A stretch of DNA of 9,411 bases from a virus (lineage: Duplodnaviria > Heunggongvirae > Uroviricota > Caudoviricetes). The stretch spans positions 1-9,411 of the IMG/VR virus record IMGVR_UViG_2606217106_000011; one strand, 5' to 3'. Of this stretch, positions 1-6,571 are shown piece by piece. The notes beneath the pieces were generated by a model. It was not told the DNA's origin. It worked only from the letters and a program-made list of their open reading frames with translations, and did no database searches. A program made the translations under genes and the position numbers. Position 1 is the first letter of the stretch. Each line of letters opens with the position of its first letter.

Positions 1-1
1 C

Positions 2-29
2 AAAAAAATCCCGCGCTGGGAGACGCGGG
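2..29 (-). terminator. Intrinsic-terminator-like hairpin, oriented for leftward (minus-strand) transcription
   Basis: On the + strand an A7 tract (2-8) precedes the inverted repeat CCCGCG (10-15) / CGCGGG (24-29) with an 8-nt loop. Read on the minus strand this is a GC stem followed by ATTTTTTTG. Close to the window edge; stability not computed. Confidence 0.3.
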
Positions 30-98
30 CGGCAAGGAATAAACAACAAAACGTGAAGTAATATTTCAGCTGGCGAATAATATCCGACAGTAATCACT

Positions 99-121
99 CT
101 GCGCAATAGCGCGGCCTTTTT
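99..121 (+). terminator. Intrinsic-terminator-like hairpin upstream of the esterase gene
   Basis: Stem CTGCGC (99-104) / GCGCGG (109-114) including one G-U pair, loop AATA, then CC plus T5 (117-121). Short stem; no folding energy computed. Confidence 0.3.
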
Positions 122-223
122 CGTATTGCGGGCTGTTGTCTATCTTCTGCCATTATCCTGTAACTTCCGGACTTCAGCCCGCTCCTCATTTTACTCACAA
201 TATTATCCAGGCCGGGAGGATTC

Positions 224-1450
224 ATGGCATTTAAACACTATGACGTGGTCAGGGCGGCGTCGCCGTCAGACCTTGCGGAGCGACTGACACAAAAACTGAA
301 GGAGGGGTGGCAGCCATTTGGCAGTCCGGTGGCCATCACGCCTTATACCCTGATGCAGGCCATTGCGGCGGAAGGTGATGTCACCACACCTGTGGTGGTG
401 AAGCCGTCGGATGGAGAAGGCGCAGTTATCAGCACCACCAGCAACTCGGAGTATTACTTTGTTGTTGCCCTGGCCGGGCAGTCAAACGGTATGGCGTATG
501 GTGAAGGGCTTCCGCTGCCGGAGACATATGACCGTCCGGACCCGCGCATTAAACAGCTGGCGCGTCGCAGCACTGTCACGCCGGGTGGTGCGTCCTGTAA
601 CTACAATGACATTATTCCTGCGGACCACTGCCTGCATGATGTTCAGGATTTGAGTAAGTTTTCACACCCGAAAGCCAGCGCAGCTCAGTATGGATGCGTG
701 GGGCAGGGATTACATATCGCGAAGAAATTGTTGCCGTTTATTCCGGCGAATGCCGGTATTCTTCTGGTTCCGTGCTGCCGTGGTGGTTCTGCATTTTTGG
801 CGGGCGATGAAGGTACCTTCAGCGAATCCACCGGCGCAAGCGAGACCTCGGCACGCTGGGGTGTAGATAAGCCACTGTACAAGGACCTGCTTACCCGTAC
901 TCAGGCCGCACTGAAGGCTAACCCTAAAAATATTCTGCTTGCAGTGGTCTGGATGCAGGGCGAGTTTGATTTGAAACAGGGTGCATACGCCACTCAGCCG
1001 GGGCTGTTTGATTCCATGGTGGAAAAATATCGTTCTGACCTGTCGGAATTCGGAGGTCAGTGTCTCGGGGGCTCTCCGTCATCGGTTCCCTGGATTTGTG
1101 GCGACACGACCTACTACTGGAAGCAGACTTATTCTTCGCAATACGATGCGGTGTATGGTGCATACAAGACGAAATCCGCAAAAAAAATCTTCTTTGTGCC
1201 GTTTAGACGGATGAAAACGGGCGAAATGTGGGTACCAACGAGCCGTCAGAAGATCCGGATGTTGCGGATATTGGGTATTACGGAGCCGGTGGTCGAACGG
1301 ACGCCAAAACCTGGACGACGGCCGACCGTAAAACGCATTTTGGATCATGGGCACGTCGTGGGATTATTTCCGACCGTCTGGCAACGGCGATTCTTGTGCA
1401 TGCCGGGAGAACCGCTGAATTCATTACCGGAAAACAGCCTGATACGGTGA
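224..1450 (+). CDS. nanS-p: Prophage NanS-p-like sialate 9-O-acetylesterase, N-terminal and catalytic part; frame lost near 1204-1220, so the 3' tail of this ORF is probably out-of-frame read-through
   Basis: ORF 224-1450 with SD GGGAGGA (214-220) before the ATG. The N-terminus (MAFKHYDVVRAASPSDLAERL...) resembles the DUF1737-type module of these esterases, and ALAGQSNGMAYGEG carries the GQSN block of SGNH/SASA esterases. Position upstream of S-R-Rz matches Stx-type lambdoid prophages. The final ~80 codons are arginine-rich and look non-native. Confidence 0.7.
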   Translation: MAFKHYDVVRAASPSDLAERLTQKLKEGWQPFGSPVAITPYTLMQAIAAEGDVTTPVVVKPSDGEGAVISTTSNSEYYFVVALAGQSNGMAYGEGLPLPETYDRPDPRIKQLARRSTVTPGGASCNYNDIIPADHCLHDVQDLSKFSHPKASAAQYGCVGQGLHIAKKLLPFIPANAGILLVPCCRGGSAFLAGDEGTFSESTGASETSARWGVDKPLYKDLLTRTQAALKANPKNILLAVVWMQGEFDLKQGAYATQPGLFDSMVEKYRSDLSEFGGQCLGGSPSSVPWICGDTTYYWKQTYSSQYDAVYGAYKTKSAKKIFFVPFRRMKTGEMWVPTSRQKIRMLRILGITEPVVERTPKPGRRPTVKRILDHGHVVGLFPTVWQRRFLCMPGEPLNSLPENSLIR

Positions 1451-2184
1451 AGCCCACCGGACCTTCCGGTGAAGGTACGGAGAGAGAGCCGGAAGCCCCG
1501 GTCAGTAACCGAACCCTGATGAGTCTGCTGGCGTCCGGCGAAGACCTGGCATCACAGGGCTGGCGCTATTATCACAAACCGGCGAGCGGAGACAATGTTA
1601 ACAAAAACATTGCTGAAGCGGTGGTCAGTGATGCGGGGGCTACGGGAGGTAAGGCCCTGCAACTGAATAAACCGGAAAACCACATCTGGTTTCTGGAGCA
1701 TGATGCAGCCGGACAGGGAGTGGAGTTACTGAAGAAGGGGGGACGTGTGAGCGTACGGTTTAAGTTGCCGGGTTCACTGGTGCCGAATCGGTTTGCCCTG
1801 GGCATTTACTGGCAGTTGTCGTCCCTGCCGGAGGGAGTGACGCTGGCAGAGGAAGGCAACGACATGCTGATGTCCTTCTTCCTGCAGACGGATGCGACGA
1901 ACCTGAACGCGATGTACCACAAGAAGCCGAATGCGAAGCTGGATACGTTCGGGGTCTTTGATAACGGATGGCACACACTGGCTTTTGAGTTTGCCGGAAA
2001 CAACAGCATTCAGGTGACGCCGGTACTGGATGAGAAACGGGGGACGCCGTTCACACTGGTGAAATCTCCGGCATCAGGGGCGGCGGACAAACTGCAACTG
2101 ACAGGCATATCAAAGGCGGCGACATATACGCTGCTGATTGACAGTGTGAAGGTGGAAGTGAACAACGCGGATGCCGCGGCATGA
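1207..2184 (+). pseudogene. C-terminal portion of the same NanS-p-like esterase, in a different frame (frameshifted remnant, or continuation if the shift is a sequencing error)
   Basis: This frame is open from 1207, directly after an in-frame TAG at 1204-1206, to the stop at 2182-2184. The translation (TDENGRNVGTNEPSEDPDVADIGYYGAGG...) looks protein-like. Span 224-2184 is 1961 nt, one nucleotide short of a multiple of three, consistent with a single-base deletion. Confidence 0.65.
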
Positions 2185-2319
2185 TAAAAAAAGCCGCCAG
2201 CGGCAGGAACGGAAGCTGGCGGAGGTAATCCCAATGGAGAATGTAAAGAAAAGATGCTTTCGTATATCGGTTTTTTAAATGAAAGCAGTTCTCATTGTCA
2301 ACCATAACGGTAAGAAACT

Positions 2320-2502
2320 ATGACATTTATTCATCAGGTGATGCTGTACTTCTGTACGGCGGTCTGTGTGCTGTATCTTCTTTCGGGTGGGTACAGGGCA
2401 GTGCGCGATTTCTGGCGCAGGCAGATTGATAAAAGGGCCGCAGAGAAAATCAGTGCCAGTCAGTCAGCCGGAACAAAACCCGAAGAGCCTCTCATTCCGT
2501 AG
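2320..2502 (+). CDS. Hypothetical small membrane protein (60 aa)
   Basis: ORF with ATG start and one hydrophobic segment (VMLYFCTAVCVLYLL) followed by a basic/polar tail. Weak SD. No motif recognised. Confidence 0.3.
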   Translation: MTFIHQVMLYFCTAVCVLYLLSGGYRAVRDFWRRQIDKRAAEKISASQSAGTKPEEPLIP

Positions 2503-2539
2503 CAACTTTCTTAACAACACCTTTCAACGAGAAAATACC

Positions 2540-2809
2540 ATGTCAGAAATAAAATCGCTGGTCACTGCTGAAGCAGTGAAGGAAGTCCTGCGCTCTGAAG
2601 AAGTCAGAAGCGCACTGAAACAGCAACTTCGGCAGAACCTTGAGGCGCGTCTTGATGCAGAAGTGGATGCCATTCTGGATGAACTGCTGGGCGCACCGAC
2701 TGTTCCGGAGCCGGAAGGCATTGCGGATGACAGTGCTGTTTCAGATGGCGTCGGGTCTCAGCCTGATGGTAGCAGTGAGCCTCAGCCTGACGGCGAAATG
2801 ATGATGTAA
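2540..2809 (+). CDS. Hypothetical acidic protein (89 aa)
   Basis: ATG at 2540, starting MSEIKSLVTAEAVKEVLRSEE; predicted helical N-terminal half and a D/E/P/S-rich acidic C-terminus. Weak SD (GAGAAA). The longer ORF-track version from 2366 has no better start signal. Confidence 0.45.
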   Translation: MSEIKSLVTAEAVKEVLRSEEVRSALKQQLRQNLEARLDAEVDAILDELLGAPTVPEPEGIADDSAVSDGVGSQPDGSSEPQPDGEMMM

Positions 2810-2884
2810 CCATGCGCAGGGGCTGTCGGTGTGAGCTGATGCCCCTCTTGTTGTTGTGAGCTTCCGGATTGCGGGAGACGGGGT

Positions 2885-3100
2885 ATGTACCAGATGGAAA
2901 AAATCACAACAGGTGTGTCATACACCACGTCAGCGGTGGGGACGGGCTACTGGTTCCTGCAGCTGCTGGACAGGGTTTCCCCGTCTCAGTGGGCGGCAAT
3001 AGGCGTACTGGGGAGTCTGCTGTTTGGTCTGCTGACGTACCTGACGAACCTGTATTTCAAAATCAGAGAGGACCGTCGTAAGGCGGCTCGGGGAGAGTAG
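2885..3100 (+). CDS. S: Class II holin, phage-21 S21-type pinholin with dual-start motif
   Basis: 71-aa product with close identity to the S21 pinholin as recalled ([23 protein letters not shown]...[22 protein letters not shown]). Two Met codons (M1, M4) as in the S21 antiholin/holin pair; two TM segments; SD GGGAGA (2873-2878). Confidence 0.9.
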   Translation: MYQMEKITTGVSYTTSAVGTGYWFLQLLDRVSPSQWAAIGVLGSLLFGLLTYLTNLYFKIREDRRKAARGE

Positions 3101-3103
3101 ACG

Positions 3104-4096
3104 ATGAATAAAAAATATGAACTGGTTGTAAAAGGGATAAATCATTACCCGGATAAGATAGCTGTTACTGTGGCACTGGAAATTGGTGGGTATCCGCCAC
3201 TGTTGTTGCCAAATGTGGCGATTAGTCTTGACCGTACTGAAGGTGCCACGCTGGAGTTTTACGAAGCTGAGGCGAAAAAGCAGGCGAAGCAGTTTTTCAT
3301 GGATATTGCTGCCGGGTTATGTGAAGGGGATGAACCGTTGCCAGAAAAGCGCCCCATAATTTTAGAGGCGCAGGATGTGTTGATAACCTACAAAGGAAAG
3401 CTACCGGGAAGAATTACTGATGCTCTGAAGATGCCGCCGTCAACACTGCGGTCAGAAAAAGATGATATTGAATCACGCATTGAAAAACTGGAGTGCTGTG
3501 TTACTGAATTGAAAAAAAGCACCCCAACAAAAAATGAGGTGCTTGCAGCAGATGAAATGAAAGAAACTATTCTTGAATTAGCTGCGCGCCTGAACTGCGC
3601 TTCACTGTTGAAAGAGCATTTTCAGCAGCCTGAAAAAAAACGCCGCGATGAGCAGCAGTTTGCGGCGTTTTACGATTATTGCCGGAAAGTGATGAGCAGA
3701 AATCTCGCAGAGTGTTTCAGTATTCATAATGATAATTTCAGTGAGCTGGAATGGGAGTGTAACCGGCCATCCTTTGTTGTATCCGGTGATGGTGGGAAAA
3801 TAACCATCTCAGAAAATGGGAAAGTAACACCTCCATCGCACCAGCACAGTGAGGAGCTCATTGAATTTGCCATTGATTACCTGAAGAACAATAAAAAGCA
3901 GGGGCTGATGAAGCGCGTTGGCCGTTGCATGGGATATCTGCAGGTAGCTGCTGAGATTGAAGCGCTTGCCAGTGGTGCAGACAGGGATACTGCGGTGCGG
4001 GAGGTCCTTCTTCGTGATTTCAATACTCCGCCCTTTAAGAAAGAGCCTGATGGCTGGCTCCAGCCGGGGCTGAATTATCTCAAAGGGCGGATATAA
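3104..4096 (+). CDS. Hypothetical protein (330 aa), AT-rich insertion between holin and endolysin; function unknown
   Basis: Long uninterrupted ORF. ATG 3104 lies 3 nt after the holin stop and uses the SD GGGAGAG (3091-3097) inside the holin 3' end. Visibly lower GC than the flanking lysis genes (by eye). No Walker A, HExxH, HNH, lipobox or signal peptide seen; charged, partly coiled-coil-like middle region. Confidence 0.75.
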   Translation: MNKKYELVVKGINHYPDKIAVTVALEIGGYPPLLLPNVAISLDRTEGATLEFYEAEAKKQAKQFFMDIAAGLCEGDEPLPEKRPIILEAQDVLITYKGKLPGRITDALKMPPSTLRSEKDDIESRIEKLECCVTELKKSTPTKNEVLAADEMKETILELAARLNCASLLKEHFQQPEKKRRDEQQFAAFYDYCRKVMSRNLAECFSIHNDNFSELEWECNRPSFVVSGDGGKITISENGKVTPPSHQHSEELIEFAIDYLKNNKKQGLMKRVGRCMGYLQVAAEIEALASGADRDTAVREVLLRDFNTPPFKKEPDGWLQPGLNYLKGRI

Positions 4097-4102
4097 GTAC
4101 TG

Positions 4103-4417
4103 TTATCTGTTACCTGATAATTGTCTGAACAGGCGATCTTTTTGTGATTTGGCGTAATGATTATCCCATTCGCAATCAAGGTAACTTAATTCTTCATTTA
4201 ACCAGTCATCTATATTGTCTTTCAGGCGAAGGAGCAAGGTTGGTGTTAATGCTCCGGATATAATACTGAGAGTTGCAGTAGTGAGAGCTCCATACGGTTC
4301 AGCCTGAATGGCCTTTACTGCTTCGTGTTCTTGCGGGAGGAGTAAAAGGCATTCCGATTTTACCCGCTCATTTATGGCTTGCAGGTATAAATCATAATTA
4401 TGTTGATGGTTATGCAT
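4103..4417 (-). CDS. Hypothetical protein (104 aa), convergent partner of the 330-aa ORF; function unknown
   Basis: Minus-strand ORF starting at the ATG complementary to 4415-4417, with SD GAGGA 7 nt upstream on that strand. Its stop (4103-4105) lies 6 bp from the stop of the 3104-4096 gene. AT-rich like its neighbour. The longer ORF-track version (to 4669) overlaps the endolysin start and has no SD. Confidence 0.6.
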   Translation of the reverse strand: MHNHQHNYDLYLQAINERVKSECLLLLPQEHEAVKAIQAEPYGALTTATLSIISGALTPTLLLRLKDNIDDWLNEELSYLDCEWDNHYAKSQKDRLFRQLSGNR

Positions 4418-4545
4418 AGTTAATCCTCGACTGGAATTGTCAGATATATTTTCAGCCAGCAGATAAAACGCCAGTGCCCACCACTGGCAGGCTGAAGACT
4501 TAACATATCCAGGGGGCCGGAACCGATAAATCCTGATAAATATCC

Positions 4546-5079
4546 ATGAACGCAAAAATCCGATACGGCCTGTCGGCTGCCGTTCTGGCGCTGATTGGTG
4601 CAGGGGCGTCTGCGCCTGAAATCCTCGACCAGTTTCTTGACGAAAAAGAAGGCAACCACACCACGGCATACCGTGATGGTGCGGGTATCTGGACCATCTG
4701 CCGTGGTGCCATCATGGTGGATGGCAAACCTGTCGTTCCGGGCATGAAGTTGTCGAAGGAAAAATGCGACCAGGTTAACGCCATTGAGCGTGATAAAGCG
4801 CTGGCGTGGGTGGAGAAAAACATCAGAGTGCCGCTGACCGAACCCCAGAAAGCGGGGATCGCGTCATTCTGTCCGTACAACATTGGTCCCGGTAAGTGTT
4901 TCCCGTCGACGTTTTACAGACGAATTAATGCAGGTGATCGCAGGGGAGCATGCGAAGCGATTCGCTGGTGGATTAAGGACGGTGGCAGAGACTGCCGTAT
5001 TCGCTCAAACAACTGTTACGGTCAGGTATCCCGTCGCGACCAGGAGAGTGCGCTGGCGTGCTGGGGAATTGACAGATAA
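4546..5079 (+). CDS. R: SAR endolysin (T4-lysozyme-like muramidase with N-terminal signal-anchor-release domain), R21-like
   Basis: N-terminal Gly/Ala-rich weakly hydrophobic segment (YGLSAAVLALIGAGASAP), then the catalytic E-x8-D-x5-T arrangement in EGNHTTAYRDGAGIWTICRG. Sits in the lysis cassette with pinholin and Rz/Rz1. No recognisable SD directly upstream. Confidence 0.9.
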   Translation: MNAKIRYGLSAAVLALIGAGASAPEILDQFLDEKEGNHTTAYRDGAGIWTICRGAIMVDGKPVVPGMKLSKEKCDQVNAIERDKALAWVEKNIRVPLTEPQKAGIASFCPYNIGPGKCFPSTFYRRINAGDRRGACEAIRWWIKDGGRDCRIRSNNCYGQVSRRDQESALACWGIDR

Positions 5080-5169
5080 GCAGAATATTTTGCTGAAAAA
5101 TGCGGTTTGCTCACACGGACGGATAACACGAAATCCTGCGAACTGACAAAAACTAAGTGAATAAAAGTA

Positions 5170-5210
5170 AAAACCCCGTTTGTTGGCTGCAAGCGGGGTT
5201 TTGTGTTTCT
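5170..5210 (+). terminator. Intrinsic-terminator-like hairpin (possibly bidirectional) between R and the small-peptide/Rz genes
   Basis: Stem CCCCGTTTG (5174-5182) / CAAGCGGGG (5190-5198), 9 bp with one G-U pair and a 7-nt loop, followed by TTTTGTGTTTCT (5199-5210) and preceded by an A-rich tract. Confidence 0.5.
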
Positions 5211-5235
5211 GACCTTGGATAAGGCAAGGGAGAAC

Positions 5236-5418
5236 ATGGAAAAGTATAAACGAATTCTGTTGAGGTTGACTATGAAAAACGGCCTTGAACTGAAAGCGCC
5301 AGTAACTGATGACATCAGCAGAGCGCTGGCTTTTGCTATTAAGTGGGTGGCGGTTGGTATCGCTGTGTCTCCGATACTGTATGGGCTGGCAAAACTGGTC
5401 ATTGCGCTGAAATCGTGA
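5236..5418 (+). CDS. Hypothetical small membrane protein (60 aa)
   Basis: ATG 5236 preceded by SD AGGGAGA. The C-terminal half is a hydrophobic helix (ALAFAIKWVAVGIAVSPILYGLAKLVIAL). Paralogous to the following 28-aa ORF. Confidence 0.4.
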   Translation: MEKYKRILLRLTMKNGLELKAPVTDDISRALAFAIKWVAVGIAVSPILYGLAKLVIALKS

Positions 5419-5429
5419 ACTTTAAAAAG

Positions 5430-5516
5430 ATGAGTGCTGAACTTATTCGGGCAATGGCATTTGCCATTCGTATTGTGGCCATTGCTGTTCTGGTCTGGGC
5501 AATCCGTTGGTGGTGA
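5430..5516 (+). CDS. Hypothetical hydrophobic peptide (28 aa), paralogue of the preceding ORF
   Basis: ATG 5430 to TGA 5514-5516, product [28 protein letters not shown]. Aligns with residues ~38-55 of the 5236-5418 product (RALAFAIKWVAVGIAV vs [16 protein letters not shown]). Its stop is 1 nt before the Rz ATG (5518). Below the ORF-track size cutoff; weak SD. Confidence 0.3.
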   Translation: MSAELIRAMAFAIRIVAIAVLVWAIRWW

Positions 5517-5517
5517 T

Positions 5518-5985
5518 ATGAACCGTGTTCTGTGTGTGGTGATTATTGTCCTGCTGGTAGCCTGTGGTGTGCTTAGTCTGGGGCTGAATCATTACCGCGA
5601 TAACGCCATCACCTACAAAGCGCAGCGCGATAAAAAAGCCAGAGAGCTGGAGCTGGCAAACACAACCATTACTGACATGCAGCAGCGTCAGCGTGATGTT
5701 GCTGCGCTGGATGAAAAATACACAAAGGAGTTAGCCGATGCGAGAGCTGAAAATGAAACTCTGCGCGCTGACGTTGCCGCTGGTCGCCGCAGCCTGCGTA
5801 TCAACGCCACCTGTCCAGGTTCCGTGCGTGAAGCCACCGGCACCGCCCGCGTGGATAATGCAACCGGCCCCCGACTGGCAGACACCGCTGAACGGGATTA
5901 TTTCACCCTCAGAGAACGGTTGATGACAATGCAGAAGCAACTGGAAGGGGCGCAGGACTATATCCGCACTCAGTGTATTAACTAG
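5518..5985 (+). CDS. Rz: Rz i-spanin (inner-membrane spanin subunit)
   Basis: Strong similarity to lambda Rz as recalled ([61 protein letters not shown]...[27 protein letters not shown]). N-terminal TM helix. ATG 5518 chosen over the GTG-extended ORF-track start at 5434. Confidence 0.9.
   Translation: MNRVLCVVIIVLLVACGVLSLGLNHYRDNAITYKAQRDKKARELELANTTITDMQQRQRDVAALDEKYTKELADARAENETLRADVAAGRRSLRINATCPGSVREATGTARVDNATGPRLADTAERDYFTLRERLMTMQKQLEGAQDYIRTQCIN
5738..5923 (+). CDS. Rz1: Rz1 o-spanin (outer-membrane lipoprotein spanin subunit), embedded in Rz in another frame
   Basis: Embedded ORF with SD AAGGAG (5725-5730); lipoprotein signal ending in Cys (LPLVAAAC) and the proline-rich block [30 protein letters not shown], as in lambda Rz1. 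Confidence 0.85.
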   Translation: MRELKMKLCALTLPLVAAACVSTPPVQVPCVKPPAPPAWIMQPAPDWQTPLNGIISPSENG

Positions 5986-6008
5986 TATTTTTGTTATCCG
6001 GAGAATGC

Positions 6009-6233
6009 ATGAAGAAATTACTGGTAACCGTAAAGCCTTTTCAGGGAACAATTCCGTTCCGTATTTTGCAGCGTGGTCGTGTTCTTGTTGAAGGTTCGTT
6101 CAGTGGTAAATGTACGCAATTACACTCCCGGACCTTTCAGGTGAATGCCACGAATGAAGAGCTAACCGTTGAGTGTACGATGAATGCCGCTAAATGCCGC
6201 ATGGTATCCGCTGCATTACAGCCAGTGTCTTGA
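6009..6233 (+). CDS. Hypothetical protein (74 aa)
   Basis: ATG 6009 with SD GGAGA 5 nt upstream, immediately after the Rz stop. No motif recognised; not lambda Bor. Confidence 0.45.
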   Translation: MKKLLVTVKPFQGTIPFRILQRGRVLVEGSFSGKCTQLHSRTFQVNATNEELTVECTMNAAKCRMVSAALQPVS

Positions 6234-6267
6234 GCGACCTTATTAACCATGCGCGGTATTGTCGCCG

Positions 6268-6380
6268 TATCCCCGCATTAACAGAGACCGCAGCCCGACC
6301 GGGAGACTCCTCTGCGCGAGTGTGCGGGGATAATCAAAAACGATACACACCGGGGTTTACCGCGTTAACGGAGCGCGGCG
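6268..6380. repeat. Structured non-coding segment: 10-bp perfect inverted repeat plus a direct-repeat motif CCGC(A/G)TTAAC(A/G)GAG
   Basis: TATCCCCGCA (6268-6277) is the exact reverse complement of TGCGGGGATA (6323-6332), 45 bp apart. CCGCATTAACAGAG (6273-6286) recurs as CCGCGTTAACGGAG (6360-6373). No convincing ORF in this ~330-bp gap; overlapping ORF-track entries look like noise. Confidence 0.4.
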
Positions 6381-6571
6381 TTGTCCCCTCATGGTCGCTG
6401 GTCCGGTGCGATGGTGGAAGAAACCGGACGATGTGTTACCTCGCAAGCTCTGTTATGTCATGTGTCTGATTTGTGATTTAAGTCGGATAATTGTCGTTGC
6501 CATTAAGCAGAGGATTGATGACCGACAGGGTGGCATTGTTAGAATAAGACGTATTCTTATCTGTGCCGGGA

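Noticed and set aside
1180-1187. A8 homopolymer as the slip site for the esterase frameshift
   Set aside because: An indel here would move reading into the frame that carries TAG at 1204-1206, so the frame change must lie at or after 1204.
411-1354. ORF-track entries inside the esterase gene (411-653 +, 685-882 -, 924-1181 -, 981-1214 +, 1079-1354 -)
   Set aside because: Alternate-frame or antisense ORFs within a well-supported coding region; Arg/Ser/Pro-rich, no SD, typical of GC-rich shadow frames.
1572-2305. Minus-strand ORFs 1572-1805, 1760-1978, 1774-1974, 1806-2009, 2010-2234 and 2051-2305
   Set aside because: Antisense to the esterase C-terminal frame; overlapping, low-complexity, no start signals.
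2366-2539. N-terminal extension of the acidic-protein ORF (ORF-track start 2366)
   Set aside because: The extension (MCCIFFRVGTGQCAISG...) overlaps the 2320-2502 ORF in another frame and looks non-native; ATG 2540 is the more plausible start.
3104-4096. Known type III effector (NleB or NleC size class), Lit-like protease or an ATPase for the 330-aa protein
   Set aside because: No DxD, HExxH or Walker A motif and no recalled sequence similarity, so it is left as unknown rather than given a name.
4418-4669. Long version of the minus-strand ORF (4103-4669, 188 aa) and minus ORFs 4420-4659 and 4500-4883
   Set aside because: They overlap the endolysin start and coding region in antisense; the internal ATG at 4417 has a proper SD (GAGGA) and gives a compact 104-aa gene.
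4883-5402. ORFs 4883-5146 (+) and 5022-5402 (-)
   Set aside because: The first is out of frame within the 3' part of the endolysin gene and runs through the terminator hairpin; the second is antisense across the terminator and small-peptide gene. No start signals.
5434-5517. GTG-initiated N-terminal extension of Rz ([28 protein letters not shown])
   Set aside because: Rz homologues begin with the TM helix encoded from ATG 5518; the extension overlaps the 28-aa peptide ORF in another frame.
5688-6051. Minus-strand ORFs 5688-5885 and 5731-6051
   Set aside because: Antisense to Rz/Rz1, which are strongly supported by similarity.
6234-6571. Possible tRNA gene in the long non-coding gaps (also checked 5080-5235 and 7644-7933)
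   Set aside because: No T-arm GTTCGA/GTTCAA-type motif with an appropriately spaced acceptor stem was found by eye.
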